Positions 62,051-64,000 of a DNA stretch of 64,000 bases are shown piece by piece (within the stretch, counting starts at the first letter, position 1; each line of letters opens with the position of its first letter). The translations under genes were made by a program, and so were the position numbers. The stretch comes from Spirogloea muscicola (taxonomy: Eukaryota): positions 1,171,224-1,235,223 of the forward strand of contig WELB01000012.1 in NCBI GenBank assembly GCA_009602725.1, written 5' to 3'. The notes below the pieces were generated by a model. It saw nothing but the letters and a program-made list of their open reading frames with translations. It had not been told where the DNA came from and searched no databases.

Positions 62051-62614
62051 TGGTCCTTGGGAGGAGGGATGCGGGGGGGGTGCTGGTAGGCGGGCACCCG
62101 ACCCGCTACAGGCTGCGGGTTACGGCGGGTTCCCCTGGCCCCTCTGGCCTGCGGACATTGTCCACTCTTTCTGGGCTGGCTTTGCTACCCCCTCTTTATC
62201 TATGGGCGAGCCGTCTTTCTGGCCACACCGCGCGCGCCTTCTTTGACCTTTGGTCATTCTTTTCTCTGGGCTGGCCTCTCCCAGCCACCGCCTTCTTCTC
62301 ATGGAAGCGTCTCTTCTACGGCGACGGCGGCCGTCCGTGGTGGCCACATGGGCTTGCTTGGCGTTCCTAGCGGCGGGCCGTCCCGTGCCCTTTCTCTCTC
62401 TCTCTCACTTAGGTCTAATGTCACCCTGTCACCTTAGGCACGTTAGCATTGGGCTGCTTTGAATGTAGCCTTCTTTATTCTGCACTTGATTCTACCTGAA
62501 GATTAAATTGGCTTGAAGTGGCCACGCTTTCATTTCATACGCACAGCGCGCCTTCCTCCTCTCCTTCACCTATTCATTCCCTGGCCTTGCACAGCCAGCC
62601 GCACGAAAAGAGAG

Positions 62615-63815
62615 AGCTTGCTTTCAGGTGGCGCTCCGCTCAGCTCAAGACGAGTTACTTGCGGAGCACCCTGCCCTCGCAGAGAGCGTGGTCCCGTTTG
62701 GCCACCTTGCTCACTCCACCGACTCGCAAGCGCAGGCGCCGTACATGGCGGCAGTGACAAGGCGTCCTTCACGGCCACGCTGCAGCTCCTCCCACCCACA
62801 GACGTGCGAGGCCATGCTCGGCTGCTGTCGGCCGCCTCCCCTGGCGCGGCAGCCTGGCTCTGCGCGCTCCCCCTGTACGACGCCCTCAGGATGCCGGATG
62901 AACTCTTCCGTACGGCCACCCACCGCGTGTTGGGTCTCCCCCCGCCGTCTGCTTGGCGTGCTGCAGTGTGAGTGTGGGGAGCGGTCGACAGACCCGGCGG
63001 AGTGCTGGCGGCGCATATCCTCCGCTGCGCCACTGGAGGCGAACGTACAGCTGCTCACGACCTCCTCCGAGATGCAATGTTCAGCATCTTCCAGGAGGCC
63101 GGATACACGGTGGCCATGGAGACTACGTCGGTCATGCCCATCCTCCAGAGGGCCGACGGACCTTACACGCGCCGCGTCGACCTGGTGGCGTCCACGCCGG
63201 GCGGCGGCGCGTGCATCATCGCTGATGTGGTCACCAATGATGTGGTCGACCGCTCCAACCCGGGGCTCTCTGCCTCGCGGGCTGGCCACGCTGCGGCGAA
63301 GGCCGCTCACAGCAAGGCGGCTAAACACGCTGACCACCCGGCTGGAGACGAGTTCGTACCCCTGGCCGTGGACGTGCACCGGGCTCTCGGGTCCCAGTGG
63401 CTCGACCTGCTGGCCAGGCTTGCGCGGCGCGCCGTGTCCCGCAGGGGCGGTGAGCCGGCTGACTTCAACGCCGCTGGCTCGTGGGCTCAGGTATATCGTA
63501 TGCATTTGTCCGTCTCCCTTCAGCGGTCCATGGCCCACGCCTTGCATCTGCGTGCTGGCCGTGCTCTCGCTGCGAACTCCGGCTTTCGTCAGGGGGATAG
63601 TTTTTCAGCTAGTCTGTCGGATTTGAGGCTCCTCACTCGTGAGTACTGAGTGGTCCATCCTCCCCCGTTTTGACATAGCATCTTCAGGCCCCTTTGTAGC
63701 TGCTTAGCGCTTTCTAGGCCCCTCAATCATTTGGCCTCTTCGAACCTTTGTCAATTCTTTTTCAGGCTTGCTTTTCACAGCCCTTGCCCGCATTGGGAGT
63801 GCCACTTCTTCTTTC
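62615..63815 (+). mobile_element. Longest RLE-type (CRE-clade-like) non-LTR retrotransposon fragment: post-RT region, CCHC knuckle, RLE endonuclease, 3' UTR; frameshifted
   Basis: ARLLSAASPGAAAWLCALP..LRMPDELFRTATHRVLGLP, then CECG..AHILRCATGGERTAAHDLLRD (CCHC plus RHD-like), RRVDLV..IIADVV..K..KH, FVPLAVDVH.ALG and YRMHLSVSLQRS. At least two frameshifts near 62940-63000. No RT core lies in the window, so the clade call is tentative. Confidence 0.85.
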
Positions 63816-64000
63816 TTGCACGGCCAGCCGCCGCTTGGGTACTATCTAAAGAAGTCCTTCGGGCTGACCTGTCACAGCCATGGCCTTGCATTGACATAGC
63901 TAATTCTTTTTGTCTTTCTTCTGGGACCTTGTTCAAGCTCCTGTGTGCTTCCATTTCTGAGTGGCTACTTGATTCACTGTGTGCTTCAGAGCTTTCTGTC

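Noticed and set aside
62615..63649. RLE ORF as an intact or domesticated stand-alone nuclease gene
   Set aside because: Frameshifts flank the CCHC knuckle, there is no RT or credible start, and many truncated sister copies indicate a dead insertion.
21225..63900. GGGCTGGC..CAGCC motifs as a CRISPR-like repeat-spacer array
   Set aside because: Spacing is irregular, both orientations occur, copies are degenerate, there are no cas genes and the context is eukaryotic. They are explained by retroelement 3' ends.

Overview
Eukaryotic, intron-rich, GC-rich genomic DNA of a green-plant lineage. It is most consistent with a streptophyte alga (HOS1, plastid PWD, nepenthesin-type A1B proteases, TTTAGGG repeats), but the species cannot be determined. 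There are five long N gaps plus single-N joins at 13362 and 26155. The left third (1-20 kb) holds four conserved genes: the 3' part of HOS1/ELYS-like (+), INTS9 (-), an importin-13/transportin-SR-like karyopherin (+) and phosphoglucan water dikinase PWD/GWD3 (+). The right two thirds (23.8-62 kb) is a tandem array of four minus-strand paralogues. Each encodes a secreted nepenthesin-type aspartic protease fused to a long Ser-Pro(3-5) extensin-like stalk and ends in a conserved His-rich heptad-repeat tail ([VT]GHHPPG-like). The intergenic DNA is packed with 5'-truncated relics of restriction-like-endonuclease (RLE, CRE-like) non-LTR retrotransposons and dozens of solo 3'-end modules sharing a GGGCTGGC..CAGCC stem-loop. 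The strongest leads are: (1) the protease-extensin-His-tail chimera family; (2) PWD intron 1, which appears to be built from a retrotransposon 3' end starting exactly at the donor; (3) apparently conserved, covarying RNA structures at the retroelement 3' ends; (4) retroelement 3' ends lying in sense orientation just upstream of several start codons. All protein identifications are by motif recall, and no database search was run.
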